A stretch of DNA of 64,000 nt, taken from the NCBI GenBank assembly GCA_903921325.1, contig CAIXPL010000030.1, positions 10,032-74,031 of the forward strand, given 5' to 3'. Each line of letters opens with the position of its first letter. Position 1 is the first letter of the stretch. The notes below the pieces were generated by a model that worked only from the letters and a program-made list of their open reading frames with translations, was not told the origin of the DNA and did no database searches. Of this stretch, positions 44,169-52,535 are shown piece by piece. The DNA comes from an uncultured Pseudomonadota bacterium (GTDB lineage Bacteria; Pseudomonadota; Gammaproteobacteria; Burkholderiales; SG8-39). The translations under genes and the position numbers were made by a program.

Positions 44169-44624
44169 ATGTATAACTATGCCGCTACGCTCGTGGTGAA
44201 TCCGCCAGGCAGCCTGGCACTGACGCGCGAGCAGCTCTGGCGTGGCCTTGAGCAGAAGGCTGAGAATCCGCTCGATTTTGTGCCAGGCATGGCCTCATGC
44301 GAGATTGTCGAGCGCTATGCCGATGGCTTCTTGCGCGAAGTGGTGTTGCGCGGCGATCGTCTGCGTGAGCGCATCACCTTCACACCGATGATCCAGGTGC
44401 ACTTTCAGCGCGTCGGCATCCCGGGCTGGATCGCCAACATCGTGAGCGAGTCGGAGGCCGGGTTACTGCTCACCTTCGCCTTCTCGGTGAGTTTCGTTGG
44501 CATTGATGTGGGCAGTCCACTCGAGCAGGAGATGGGTGAGCGCATGTGGCAGAACTATCGCAAGGCGGTGGAGACCACGCTGGCCGCGACGCGCCGCCGG
44601 GTAACTGAAGGAGTCATCGCATGA
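44169..44624 (+). CDS. DUF1857 (AtaL-like, SRPBCC-type) family protein
   Basis: ATG 44169 with a GAGAAGGAG SD. MYNYAATLVVNPP....LTREQLW.GL..KAENP..FVP....CE.. matches my recollection of DUF1857. Function unknown. Confidence 0.55.
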   Translation: MYNYAATLVVNPPGSLALTREQLWRGLEQKAENPLDFVPGMASCEIVERYADGFLREVVLRGDRLRERITFTPMIQVHFQRVGIPGWIANIVSESEAGLLLTFAFSVSFVGIDVGSPLEQEMGERMWQNYRKAVETTLAATRRRVTEGVIA

Positions 44625-44920
44625 GTACAACCCTGCCACCGTTTTTGCAGGCCTTTGCAGATCGTCGTCCTGAATTTGCCGAGCACGTTTCGGTCATTCG
44701 CGAGGAGGCTTATTACACCGCCGGTGCACTGGATGTGAAGACCAAGATACTGATCGCGCTGGCACTGGATATCGCCGCTGGCGCCGAACTGGGGGTGAAG
44801 ACACTGGCTGCGCGCGCCCGTGCGGCAGGTGCGACCGACGCGGAGATTCTTGATGTGGCCCAGGTGTGCTATTCGGTCGCCGGTCTGCAACGCCTGGCGA
44901 CGGCACTGCAGGCGATGTAA
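44621..44920 (+). CDS. carboxymuconolactone decarboxylase (AhpD-like) family protein
   Basis: 99 aa. ATGA overlap with the preceding ORF. CMD-fold pattern (LD.KTK.LIALA......G.......H...A...GAT..EI.). Confidence 0.65.
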   Translation: MSTTLPPFLQAFADRRPEFAEHVSVIREEAYYTAGALDVKTKILIALALDIAAGAELGVKTLAARARAAGATDAEILDVAQVCYSVAGLQRLATALQAM

Positions 44921-44967
44921 GGCAGCGGTCACTCCCCGGGCATAATGATCAGCGCCTTGATGGCGAA

Positions 44968-45252
44968 GTGCCGTTGACAGACTGGTTTGCCGGAATGCGT
45001 GATGCGCGGGCAAGGGCCAAGCTGGAAATCCGATTTCGGCGAGTGTCCCTGGGCATCTTCGGTGACATCAAGCCAGTCGGCGAAGGTGTGCTGGAGTTGC
45101 GCGAAGACATTGGTCCCGGCTATCGCGTGTATCTCGGGCGGCATGGCGCGACGTTGGTCATCCTGCTCTGCGGCGGCGACAAACGCACGCAGGATACGGA
45201 CATCAAACGGGCCAAGGAATATTGGCTGGACTGGAAACGGAGAAACACATGA
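44968..45252 (+). CDS. RelE/ParE-superfamily toxin (HigB-like 'addiction module killer protein')
   Basis: GDIKPVGEGVLELREDIGPGYRVYLGRHGATLVILLCGGDKRTQDTDIKRAKEYW is the hallmark core of this family. Family-like sequence (GEVPLTDWF) extends upstream of the first usable start (GTG 44968), so the start may be damaged. Confidence 0.75.
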   Translation: MPLTDWFAGMRDARARAKLEIRFRRVSLGIFGDIKPVGEGVLELREDIGPGYRVYLGRHGATLVILLCGGDKRTQDTDIKRAKEYWLDWKRRNT

Positions 45253-45650
45253 GCAAACTCAAACATGCTGCTTCGGTTCCCCATAGCGAAGCGACCATTG
45301 CCGAATTGCGGACTGATCGGGCCTTTGCGGTGGAGTACCTGAAATCGGCGCTGGAAGAATTGGACAATCCAGATCATCGGGCCGTCGGCCTGCTCGCGCT
45401 GCGCGATGTGGCCGAGGCCTATGGCGGACTTGCGACCGCAGGTGCCCGCCGTCTGCTCTCTACACCATCCATCGAACCTTTCGGATCGAGGCTTGGCTCG
45501 GCGTTGGCTCGGATGCTTGCAGCATCCAGGGCTTTCGCCGAATTTGACGGGCTTCACCTCCGAGGTTTCCCCTGGAGGGCTCCAATTGCCTTAAGACACA
45601 ATTGTGCTCGATCGGTCACGAGATTCACATCAGCCAGCGGCGCTTCATGA
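45249..45650 (+). CDS. HigA-like antitoxin (addiction module antidote protein), with atypical C-terminal half
   Basis: ATGA overlap with the toxin stop. The N-terminal half (RTDRAFAVEYLKSALEELDNPDHRAVGLLALRDVAEAYGG) fits the family. The expected HTH (..LSRE.LYRALS..GNP.F.T...) is only loosely recognisable. The ORF runs about 35 aa longer than usual, into the convergent permease gene. Confidence 0.6.
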   Translation: MSKLKHAASVPHSEATIAELRTDRAFAVEYLKSALEELDNPDHRAVGLLALRDVAEAYGGLATAGARRLLSTPSIEPFGSRLGSALARMLAASRAFAEFDGLHLRGFPWRAPIALRHNCARSVTRFTSASGAS

Positions 45651-46656
45651 GCGCATAGGACGCCCACAGCATCAGCACCCCGAGCAGCACGAGATAAATC
45701 CAGTCATAGAGCGAGTCGACCAGGCGACCATCCTCCAGCAAAGTGGCTTGCAGCGGCCCGTAGAGCCAGTAGGAGGGCAGAAAGGGCGCTACTGCGCTCA
45801 GTTGATGGGACACATCCGACAATGCCGAAGGTAACAGGTGCGGCAGGTAGAAGATCATGCCCAGCGTTCTGGCGCTCGCCTGTGTGCGGCACAGAAAGCC
45901 CAGAAGGACCCCATAGGCGCTAAAGCAAAAGCTGCCCGCGATGACAAACGTCAGATAATCACCCAGGTGGGGCGGCGGGAAGCGACTCAGCAGATGCAGC
46001 AACAAAACTCCGCTGAAGATCAGAATCATGCCGAGCGCAACCTTGGCAAGCAGCCATTGCATTTCGTGAATCGGGGTTTGCAACAGCGCCAGTAGCAGCT
46101 TCTTTTCCTTTTCTTCGGCAACCTGCGCCGGGAGGATAACGAAGCCTACCAGCAGCACCAGCATCAATATCCAGGTCGGCAAAGTCTCGCGCTGAACGCC
46201 GCCTTGATGCAGCGATTGGATATGGGTAATCCAGTCCGTGCGGTCACCCTGGGCGGTCTTCTGCATTGCGGAGAAAAGCTGAACGATCGACAGGGTTTTG
46301 AGTGAATACTCCTTCAAAACCACCAGTACGAGGCCATCGCTGGCCTTGTCATCTAGGGTGAGCAGAGCGTCCAGCGAGTGTTCCTTTAACAGCTGCACAC
46401 CCTGTTTCTCATCGCGAACCCAGACTGCCTCGATCAGCGCACTGCTTGCTGTGATGCTCTGCGTAATCGCGGGCACGTAAGCGGCTTGCTGAATGAGGCC
46501 GATCTTGAGTTTGCTCGCCCCTGCGTCGATGCCATCTGACAAATACAACGAGCCGAAAACGAACAGCGGAATGAAAAGGATGAGGAAGAACGACTTGTTC
46601 TTGAACGCAATGCCAAGATCGTTGCGGATCAGGACGAGAAGAAGTTTCACTGCCAT
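45625..46656 (-). CDS. ABC-2-type transporter permease
   Basis: One N-terminal TM, about 150-aa extracytoplasmic loop, then 5 C-terminal TMs (NatB/YhaP-like topology). Start overlaps the ATPase stop by 10 nt. Lower GC than flanks. Confidence 0.75.
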   Translation of the reverse strand: MAVKLLLVLIRNDLGIAFKNKSFFLILFIPLFVFGSLYLSDGIDAGASKLKIGLIQQAAYVPAITQSITASSALIEAVWVRDEKQGVQLLKEHSLDALLTLDDKASDGLVLVVLKEYSLKTLSIVQLFSAMQKTAQGDRTDWITHIQSLHQGGVQRETLPTWILMLVLLVGFVILPAQVAEEKEKKLLLALLQTPIHEMQWLLAKVALGMILIFSGVLLLHLLSRFPPPHLGDYLTFVIAGSFCFSAYGVLLGFLCRTQASARTLGMIFYLPHLLPSALSDVSHQLSAVAPFLPSYWLYGPLQATLLEDGRLVDSLYDWIYLVLLGVLMLWASYALMKRRWLM

Positions 46657-47333
46657 GCGTAGAGCTGTGCATGAGGGGCAGACTGAAAATAGTCCTGGGT
46701 GGAACCATCGAACGCCAGATTGCCCTCATGCAACAAGAGGATGCGGGTGGCCAGGCCTTTGATCTCTTCGGGGCGATGCGAGGTGAAAATGATCGTCTTG
46801 CCGGCACGATGCATTGCACCCAGCAAAAGATAAATGTCCCGCGTGGTCTCGAAGTCCAGACCCGAGGTGGGTTCATCCAACAAGAGCACGGACGGATTCG
46901 CCAGCAGCGCGCGCGCGATGCTCACTCGTTGCTTTAATCCTTTGGAGAGTGCCTGTACCTTGGTTTTCCGGTGCGAGGTCAGCTTGAACTCACCCAACAG
47001 CGTCTCCACCCGGTGGAGCGGCGTATTCAACAGAGAAGCGAACAGCGTCAGATTGTATTCAACTGAGAAGAACTCGAAAAGGTTCGGTACTTCCGGAATG
47101 AAGCCGATTTTTTTTACGACCGCCGATCGATGTCTGGAATCAATGCCCTCGATCAACATGCTACCTTCGTCTGGCGGCATCCAACTCGCGAGCAATTTCA
47201 GGAGCGTGGATTTGCCCGCGCCGTTGTGACCGACGATAGCGATCAGCTCGCCGCTACCGACCGACAAACTGATCGGTGCGAGTCCTCGGTGGCAATCGTA
47301 ACGCTTCGCCAGATTGTGTATTTCGAGCAGCAT
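46647..47333 (-). CDS. ABC transporter ATP-binding protein (ABC-2 exporter subunit)
   Basis: Walker A GHNGAGKST, signature LSKGLKQRVSIARAL, Walker B LLLDEPTSGLD, H-loop TSHR. Confidence 0.88.
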   Translation of the reverse strand: MLLEIHNLAKRYDCHRGLAPISLSVGSGELIAIVGHNGAGKSTLLKLLASWMPPDEGSMLIEGIDSRHRSAVVKKIGFIPEVPNLFEFFSVEYNLTLFASLLNTPLHRVETLLGEFKLTSHRKTKVQALSKGLKQRVSIARALLANPSVLLLDEPTSGLDFETTRDIYLLLGAMHRAGKTIIFTSHRPEEIKGLATRILLLHEGNLAFDGSTQDYFQSAPHAQLYAWQ

Positions 47334-47434
47334 CCTGTCGAGCTTATGCGGTCACATCACATGGCGGTGCGCAAAGGTGTTGATGAGCAATGCACCGAAC
47401 CAGTTGATGCCACCGCCAGGCAGGTGAACCAGCG

Positions 47435-47491
47435 CTACAGCAGCTTCACGAGAACAATGACAAGAATGATGACGACCAGGAGATAGATCAT
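47435..47491 (-). CDS. candidate 18-codon micro-ORF encoding a wholly hydrophobic peptide (MIYLLVVIILVIVLVKLL) upstream of the ABC-2 exporter
   Basis: ATG at 47491, TAG at 47437-47435, AAAGGAA SD-like motif 6-7 nt upstream, about 100 nt upstream of the ABC ATPase start on the same strand. Not in the supplied ORF track (too short). No homology evidence. Confidence 0.3.
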   Translation of the reverse strand: MIYLLVVIILVIVLVKLL

Positions 47492-47733
47492 GATGGTTCC
47501 TTTGCCTAATGCAGGGTGTGCATCAAAGGACCCACGAGAACATGGGACTCTGCTCCCCTGACTTGGAGGTTGAGTCTGCATGTATTAGCCATGCGCTACC
47601 GTTCGTTACCGTACCGATGGCGTACACGCGCGCGAACGGCTCGAGCGTGCTCTGGACGATCGTGTGCTCTACCCTCGATCGGCGAGGGGTGACGCGACGG
47701 CCTCGCGATGGGCGGCGAGGCCCGTCGGCGCAA

Positions 47734-49029
47734 TTAGCGGTTCACGCGCTTCGCCGGCAGCGTCAGCGTGAGTGCCGCACCGATGATCAGTGAAGTGGCC
47801 AGCATGAACATGCCGGCATCAGTGCTTTGCGTGGCATCCTTGATCTTGCCAATGAGGAATGGACTGACGAAGCCGGCTAGATTTCCCAGCGAATTGATGA
47901 GCGCTATGCCGGCGGCGGCAGCCACCCCACCGAGGTAAGCAGTAGGCAAGCTCCAGAACAGCGGCAGCGTGGTGATGATCCCGAACGTAGCCAGGCTCAG
48001 GGCGGCCATCGCCATTGCCGGATCGCCTGAAAGAAGGGTGCTCAGGACCAGACCGACCGAGCCTGCCAGCGCAGGAATGACCACATGCCAACGCCGCTCG
48101 CGCCTTGCATCGGCGCTCCGCGATACCAGAATCATGCCGACGGTTGCCACTGCGTAGGGAATGGCAGTCAACAGGCCAACATCAAAGAGCGATTTCACCC
48201 CGAGGGCTTTGATGATCGTGGGCAACCAGAAGCCGACGCCATAGAGGCCCATCACGAAGCAGAAATAGATCAATCCGAGCAGCCAGACACGACTATTGAA
48301 AAGCGTCTGACTGACAGAGAGCTCCTCCTTGTCGGTGTTGTCCTCGGCAATGCGTTGTGCCAGCAGAGCCTTTTCGGCGTCGCTCAGCCAGCCCGCTTTG
48401 GTGATGCTGTCATCCAGATAGTAAATGGTGAACAATCCCACCAGTACCGAGGGGATCCCTTCGAGCAGAAACATCCACTGCCAGCCCGCCAGGCCATTAA
48501 CACCGTTCAGGTTTTGCATGATCCACCCGGAGATCGGTGCCCCGATCACACTGGACAGCGCAATCGCGGTCATGAACAGCGTGACGATTCTGCCGCGTCG
48601 CGCTGCCGGGTACCAATAGGTGAGATAGAGGATGATGCCCGGGAAGAAACCCGCTTCTGCCAAGCCAAGCAAAAAGCGCAAGGCGTAGAAACTCATCTCA
48701 CTGCTGGCGTACAGCGTCAATGCGGAAATCACGCCCCAGGTGATCATGATGCGGGCGATCCAGATCCGCGCGCCGACTTTGTGCAGGATCACATTGCTGG
48801 GTACTTCGAACAGAAAGTACCCGATGAAAAACAGGCCCGCGCCCAAACCGAAAACGGTTTCGCTGAATTTCAGATCAGCCACCATCTGCAACTTGGCGAA
48901 TCCCACGTTGACGCGATCAAGGTAGGCTACTACATAGCAAAGAAACAGAAACGGAATGATGCGCCAGGTCACCCTGGCGTATACGCGCTCTTCGGACACA
49001 CGGTTTTCCGCTATCGCTGCGTCATTCAT
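47734..49029 (-). CDS. MFS transporter, anion:cation symporter (ACS) family (tartrate/galactonate/phthalate-permease-like)
   Basis: WRIIPFLFLCYVVAYLDRVNVGFAKLQM..DL and GLGAGLFFIGYFLFEVPSN are ACS-family N-terminal signatures. 12 TM. Confidence 0.85.
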   Translation of the reverse strand: MNDAAIAENRVSEERVYARVTWRIIPFLFLCYVVAYLDRVNVGFAKLQMVADLKFSETVFGLGAGLFFIGYFLFEVPSNVILHKVGARIWIARIMITWGVISALTLYASSEMSFYALRFLLGLAEAGFFPGIILYLTYWYPAARRGRIVTLFMTAIALSSVIGAPISGWIMQNLNGVNGLAGWQWMFLLEGIPSVLVGLFTIYYLDDSITKAGWLSDAEKALLAQRIAEDNTDKEELSVSQTLFNSRVWLLGLIYFCFVMGLYGVGFWLPTIIKALGVKSLFDVGLLTAIPYAVATVGMILVSRSADARRERRWHVVIPALAGSVGLVLSTLLSGDPAMAMAALSLATFGIITTLPLFWSLPTAYLGGVAAAAGIALINSLGNLAGFVSPFLIGKIKDATQSTDAGMFMLATSLIIGAALTLTLPAKRVNR

Positions 49030-49088
49030 TGTGAGGTCTCCTGTCTGTTCTTATTGTGTCGATCGGATTCAATGACGATCGTGGCGAC

Positions 49089-49148
49089 GCTTGGCTATTC
49101 CGCACCGGGCATTCTCGCGCTTGGTTATCCCGCGCTTGGTTATCCCGC
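49089..49148 (-). repeat. four tandem 15-nt units (GCGGGATAACCAAGC and variants) spanning the stop codon of the dehydrogenase gene
   Basis: Minus-strand reading: GCGGGATAACCAAGC x2 (49148-49119), a degenerate unit, then GCGGAATAGCCAAGC (49103-49089). Three of the four units (not the degenerate one) carry an in-frame stop codon; the first provides the actual TAA. Confidence 0.85.
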
Positions 49149-50027
49149 ACTGCTTGCGGACTGCAGAGCCGACACCAGTTCGGGAACCATAGCATGCCGG
49201 CCCGCACGGGTCACGCCCTCTCGATAGGTGTCGGCGACTGCATCGCCGATTGCGTGAGCGGCCTTAAGGGCGCCAGCCATGTTCGCGTAATACTGAATGT
49301 CCTTGAGCGCGTTGCTCATGTAGAACTGCAAACCAGAGCTATCGCGACCGAGAATAAAAGGCTTGAGGCGATCCAGAGCGATGCCGGCGCCACCACCGGT
49401 GGCCAATGCGTCGACGAAAACCCTTGGGTCCACGCCTCCTTTCGCGGCACACGCGGCCGCCTCCGCAATCAAAGCGGCCGAGCCCAGGGATACAAAGTTG
49501 TGCAAGAGCTTGAGTGCGTGTCCAGCGCCTACGGCACCGGCATGCGTGATGTTTTCTGCGAAGCAGCGCAACAACGGAAGCACTCGAGCAAGGTCTTCCT
49601 TGGTGCCACCCACGAGCAAATTGAGTCGTCCCTCGCGCGCATGTTGTGCAGTTCGGGTCATCGGTGCGTCAAGGAACTGTCCGTGCGCGTCGTCAACGAG
49701 GCTGGCCATGCGAATCGTCGACTCCGGTAGCGCAGTCGAGCAATCAATCACCGTGGCGCCGGCGCGCAGGCCTTTGAGGACGCCTTGCGCATTTGTCATG
49801 ACATCCTCGACTTCCGGTGAGCCGGTGACGCACAGGATGACAATGTCGCTTTGTTGTGCGACGTCGCAGGCGCTCACTTTTGCGATTGCGCCAGAGCTCA
49901 GCAGATCATCGACTGGTTGATTGCCGGGATGTGCCAGCAGCGTGAGTCGATAGCCATTTTTAAGAATGTTCAGAGCAATGCCATGGCCCATCAGACCAAC
50001 GCCAATCAGGCCAATGCTTGGTTTCAC
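49140..50027 (-). CDS. NAD(P)-dependent 3-hydroxyacid dehydrogenase (3-hydroxyisobutyrate / tartronate-semialdehyde reductase family)
   Basis: Rossmann motif IGLIGVGLMGHGIA, internal GAVGAGHALKLLHN block. GTG start at 50027. Confidence 0.85.
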   Translation of the reverse strand: MKPSIGLIGVGLMGHGIALNILKNGYRLTLLAHPGNQPVDDLLSSGAIAKVSACDVAQQSDIVILCVTGSPEVEDVMTNAQGVLKGLRAGATVIDCSTALPESTIRMASLVDDAHGQFLDAPMTRTAQHAREGRLNLLVGGTKEDLARVLPLLRCFAENITHAGAVGAGHALKLLHNFVSLGSAALIAEAAACAAKGGVDPRVFVDALATGGGAGIALDRLKPFILGRDSSGLQFYMSNALKDIQYYANMAGALKAAHAIGDAVADTYREGVTRAGRHAMVPELVSALQSASSAG

Positions 50028-50283
50028 GGCGATTTCTCCCAGGTCAAATGCGAGCGTGACGGTACGGCCACTTTGAGCGCAATTCCGGTAGTTCCAACAC
50101 GGCCAGAGTGCATAGTTATCTTTTAACCGCGACCGGCAATTGTGTCATGGGCGAATTCACGGTACAGACAGAGCAGTCACTTTAAGGTTCTTATTGCCCA
50201 AGGGCCACAACCGAGTCAGGCACTCAGCCGAGTCCGGTTGCAGGCAATCAGCGCGGTTGCGTGCCCTGGCAGGGGAAAGCGCA

Positions 50284-50846
50284 ATGAAATCGCTCAAACT
50301 ATTATCGGTCCTTTCAATTACCGGCATTCTGTCTGCCTGCGGCGGTGGTGGCAGCGGCAGTAGCGGTCCCTCAAGTACGAATGCGCCAGCCCAGTACAAC
50401 ACCGCCGCCGGAACCGTCCTATTTAACAGCGCCCCATTGGCAGGGGCGACGGTCACCGCATTCTCTGGCTGAAGCAGGCCGATTGCCTCAGTGGCTCATG
50501 GACGGGGGCGATCGGTGCGGCAAGCGCACTGGCGGCTGGTCAATGTGGCCTGACTGATGGATCGACCGCCGGGCAATGGCGCATGCCCAACCGCAAAGAG
50601 ATGCAGAGCCTTGCCGACCGGATGCAGAACAATATGGCCGACTTTCTTGGATATACGTTCACGAGCACTACTACCGGGGTCAATTCACAGCCTGCGATTT
50701 TCACCAATTTCATCCAATCTCAGTACTACTGGACCTCAACCACTGATGCAGCAGCGGTGGCCAGCGCCTGGACAGTGTTCAGTTGCGATTTTGGCGTGTA
50801 CGACACCGCCAAAGCGAGTACCGGCTATACGCTTGCAGTCCGCTAA
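50284..50846 (+). pseudogene. disrupted lipoprotein gene with C-terminal DUF1566 (Lcl C-terminal-like) domain
   Basis: Frame 1: MKSLKLLSVLSITGILSAC (lipobox) + Gly/Ser linker + start of a beta-sandwich-like segment (GTVLFNSAPLAGATVTA), stopping at 50470-50472. Another frame, open from 50427, reads ..LWLKQADC..GQCGLTDGSTAGQWRMPNRKEMQSL...YWTST..., which is DUF1566-like, through 50846. The two parts need a frameshift and probably an internal deletion to join. Confidence 0.6.
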
Positions 50847-52351
50847 TTGTGCGGACGGCTTGATTTGCGCAGCACCCGCGATGGATTGCTTTCGGTAGAC
50901 GGTGGTTGCGCATCGCCAATCAGGAAGCTGAAATCAGTGAACGCACTGGGGTTGGGGGCTCCATTTGCTGCCGTGGCGTTGCTGTGGCACCCCATGCAAC
51001 TACCCATGAACGCCTGTTTGCTGTCGGCCTGAAAGTACGTTTCCATCGTTGTATTTGTAAGCGTGGCAGGCACTGGATCGGGCCCTTCATCCTGGCCGGG
51101 GCCGTAACATTTGAACGTGTACTGATAATCAGGGCTTTGGGGATTCGTGTTGTGATAGCACTGTTTCGGGTTCCCCTTCGGACCCGGCAATTCGGGCCAC
51201 TGTGTGTCGACGAGCTGGTAGAACTGCCACACCGATTTCGGATTGATGGCGCGGAGTAATTTCTGGAACACCGGATTGATGCCAGTCGTCGGACTGTTTT
51301 TGGCTGCCGGAATGGGTGTGGCACGCACAACTTGCACCGCTGAATAGGTCTTTGACGGATCGCCGTCATATCCGCCGCTGATCGCAGCAGGCGGCTGATT
51401 CGCGCAACCTGCGGCGATTGTGCACCCGGGATCATTGTTGTAGCTGAAAGGATGCGCGCTGCCCGGGGCCGCCGGAGGGTCGTTGTCCACATGCTCAAAG
51501 GTGGCCCACACCCATTGTGGAAAACTGACCGTCTTGTGCGCGATGTGCAGACCAACCATCCCCATCAAAAGGGGGCCGGCGCATTTTGTGTTCAAGTTTG
51601 TGGTGGGATCGGGCGCATAGGTGATGTACGCGTAACTGCTGTGGTAGCGGCCCCGCTGAGCCGCGGTGATCTGACGCCACGATGCCTTGATCTCGACCGC
51701 GCCGACGCGACCGGTCGCGTTGTCGCCCGCCGGCAGAACCATCGGCGCAATTTGATTGGCCGGGATATACCAGGGTTGGGCCGGGGCCGGCTGCGGCTGG
51801 GTACCCTGCATGATTTTGTCGTACTCGTCGCGATTGATGCGCACGTCATATCGCGTGTAATGGCCGTTGACATCGAACAGCGGCGACGGGGTGAACGCCT
51901 CAAGGAACTCGCCTTGCACATCCCCCTTGCCAACCAGACTCAACACTTTCATCGGTTCACTGGCAAGTGCTGCAGGAGCTTTGGCACAGAACGCTGGAAT
52001 CGGCTCGGGTGTGCCCCACGGCGGTGGCGTCTTCGCACCCGGCTGAAAGACTTGCGAGGGAGAAATGTAGGTCTCCCACACGGTTCCATTGTCGCCGGTC
52101 ACATTGGCTCCAATGGGCTTCTGTGAGGGGACGCCTGGACGGGCCGCCGGCCAGTTCATCGCGATGAATTCCTGCCATGCAAAGATATCGAGCTTGCGCT
52201 GGAATGCAGCAATCGCGCCAAAGCTGAACGGCGGGTTGGCCGGCGCATCCGGTGGCATGACCGAGCTGAGCTTGGTCGGCGGCGGCGGCATCTGGGCTGA
52301 GGCCCCCAGTGCGGTCAAGAGCGTAAGAGCGGCAACCAGGCAGCGCACCAT
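50843..52351 (-). CDS. secreted protein of unknown function with a single C-terminal CXXCH heme-c motif
   Basis: Sec-type signal MVRCLVAALTLLTALGASAQ, Pro-rich start, 9 Cys, CMGCH about 45 aa from the C-terminus. Conserved-looking blocks MVGLHIAHKTVSFPQWVWATFEHVDNDP and TNTTMETYFQ. I cannot place it in a characterised family. Confidence 0.7.
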   Translation of the reverse strand: MVRCLVAALTLLTALGASAQMPPPPTKLSSVMPPDAPANPPFSFGAIAAFQRKLDIFAWQEFIAMNWPAARPGVPSQKPIGANVTGDNGTVWETYISPSQVFQPGAKTPPPWGTPEPIPAFCAKAPAALASEPMKVLSLVGKGDVQGEFLEAFTPSPLFDVNGHYTRYDVRINRDEYDKIMQGTQPQPAPAQPWYIPANQIAPMVLPAGDNATGRVGAVEIKASWRQITAAQRGRYHSSYAYITYAPDPTTNLNTKCAGPLLMGMVGLHIAHKTVSFPQWVWATFEHVDNDPPAAPGSAHPFSYNNDPGCTIAAGCANQPPAAISGGYDGDPSKTYSAVQVVRATPIPAAKNSPTTGINPVFQKLLRAINPKSVWQFYQLVDTQWPELPGPKGNPKQCYHNTNPQSPDYQYTFKCYGPGQDEGPDPVPATLTNTTMETYFQADSKQAFMGSCMGCHSNATAANGAPNPSAFTDFSFLIGDAQPPSTESNPSRVLRKSSRPHN

Positions 52352-52535
52352 TGCAGAAGTCCCTTTAAAACTTGTCGTAACAGTGACCTACATTGATCAG
52401 TATACTCAACGCAGGGTTATCGGCAAGCCAGTTCTGTAGACCGCAATGGAACGAGCTGCGAACCCCTGATGTGCCTGGGCAGATAGCGAGATGCAATCCC
52501 CGGCCAGACGAATCAATCAATGGAGAGCTATGAAC

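Noticed and set aside
47334-47434. Second short frame downstream of the micro-ORF (..LVHLPGGGINWFGALLINTFAHRHVM) that looked faintly like a membrane-enzyme fragment
   Set aside because: It has no start codon or SD, its upstream continuation is His/Cys/Arg-rich nonsense, and the resemblance is limited to a few residues. Insufficient to call.
48085-49227. 380-aa ORF on the + strand opposite the ACS-family MFS transporter
   Set aside because: Same reasoning: charged, low-complexity translation antisense to a 12-TM transporter with family signature motifs.
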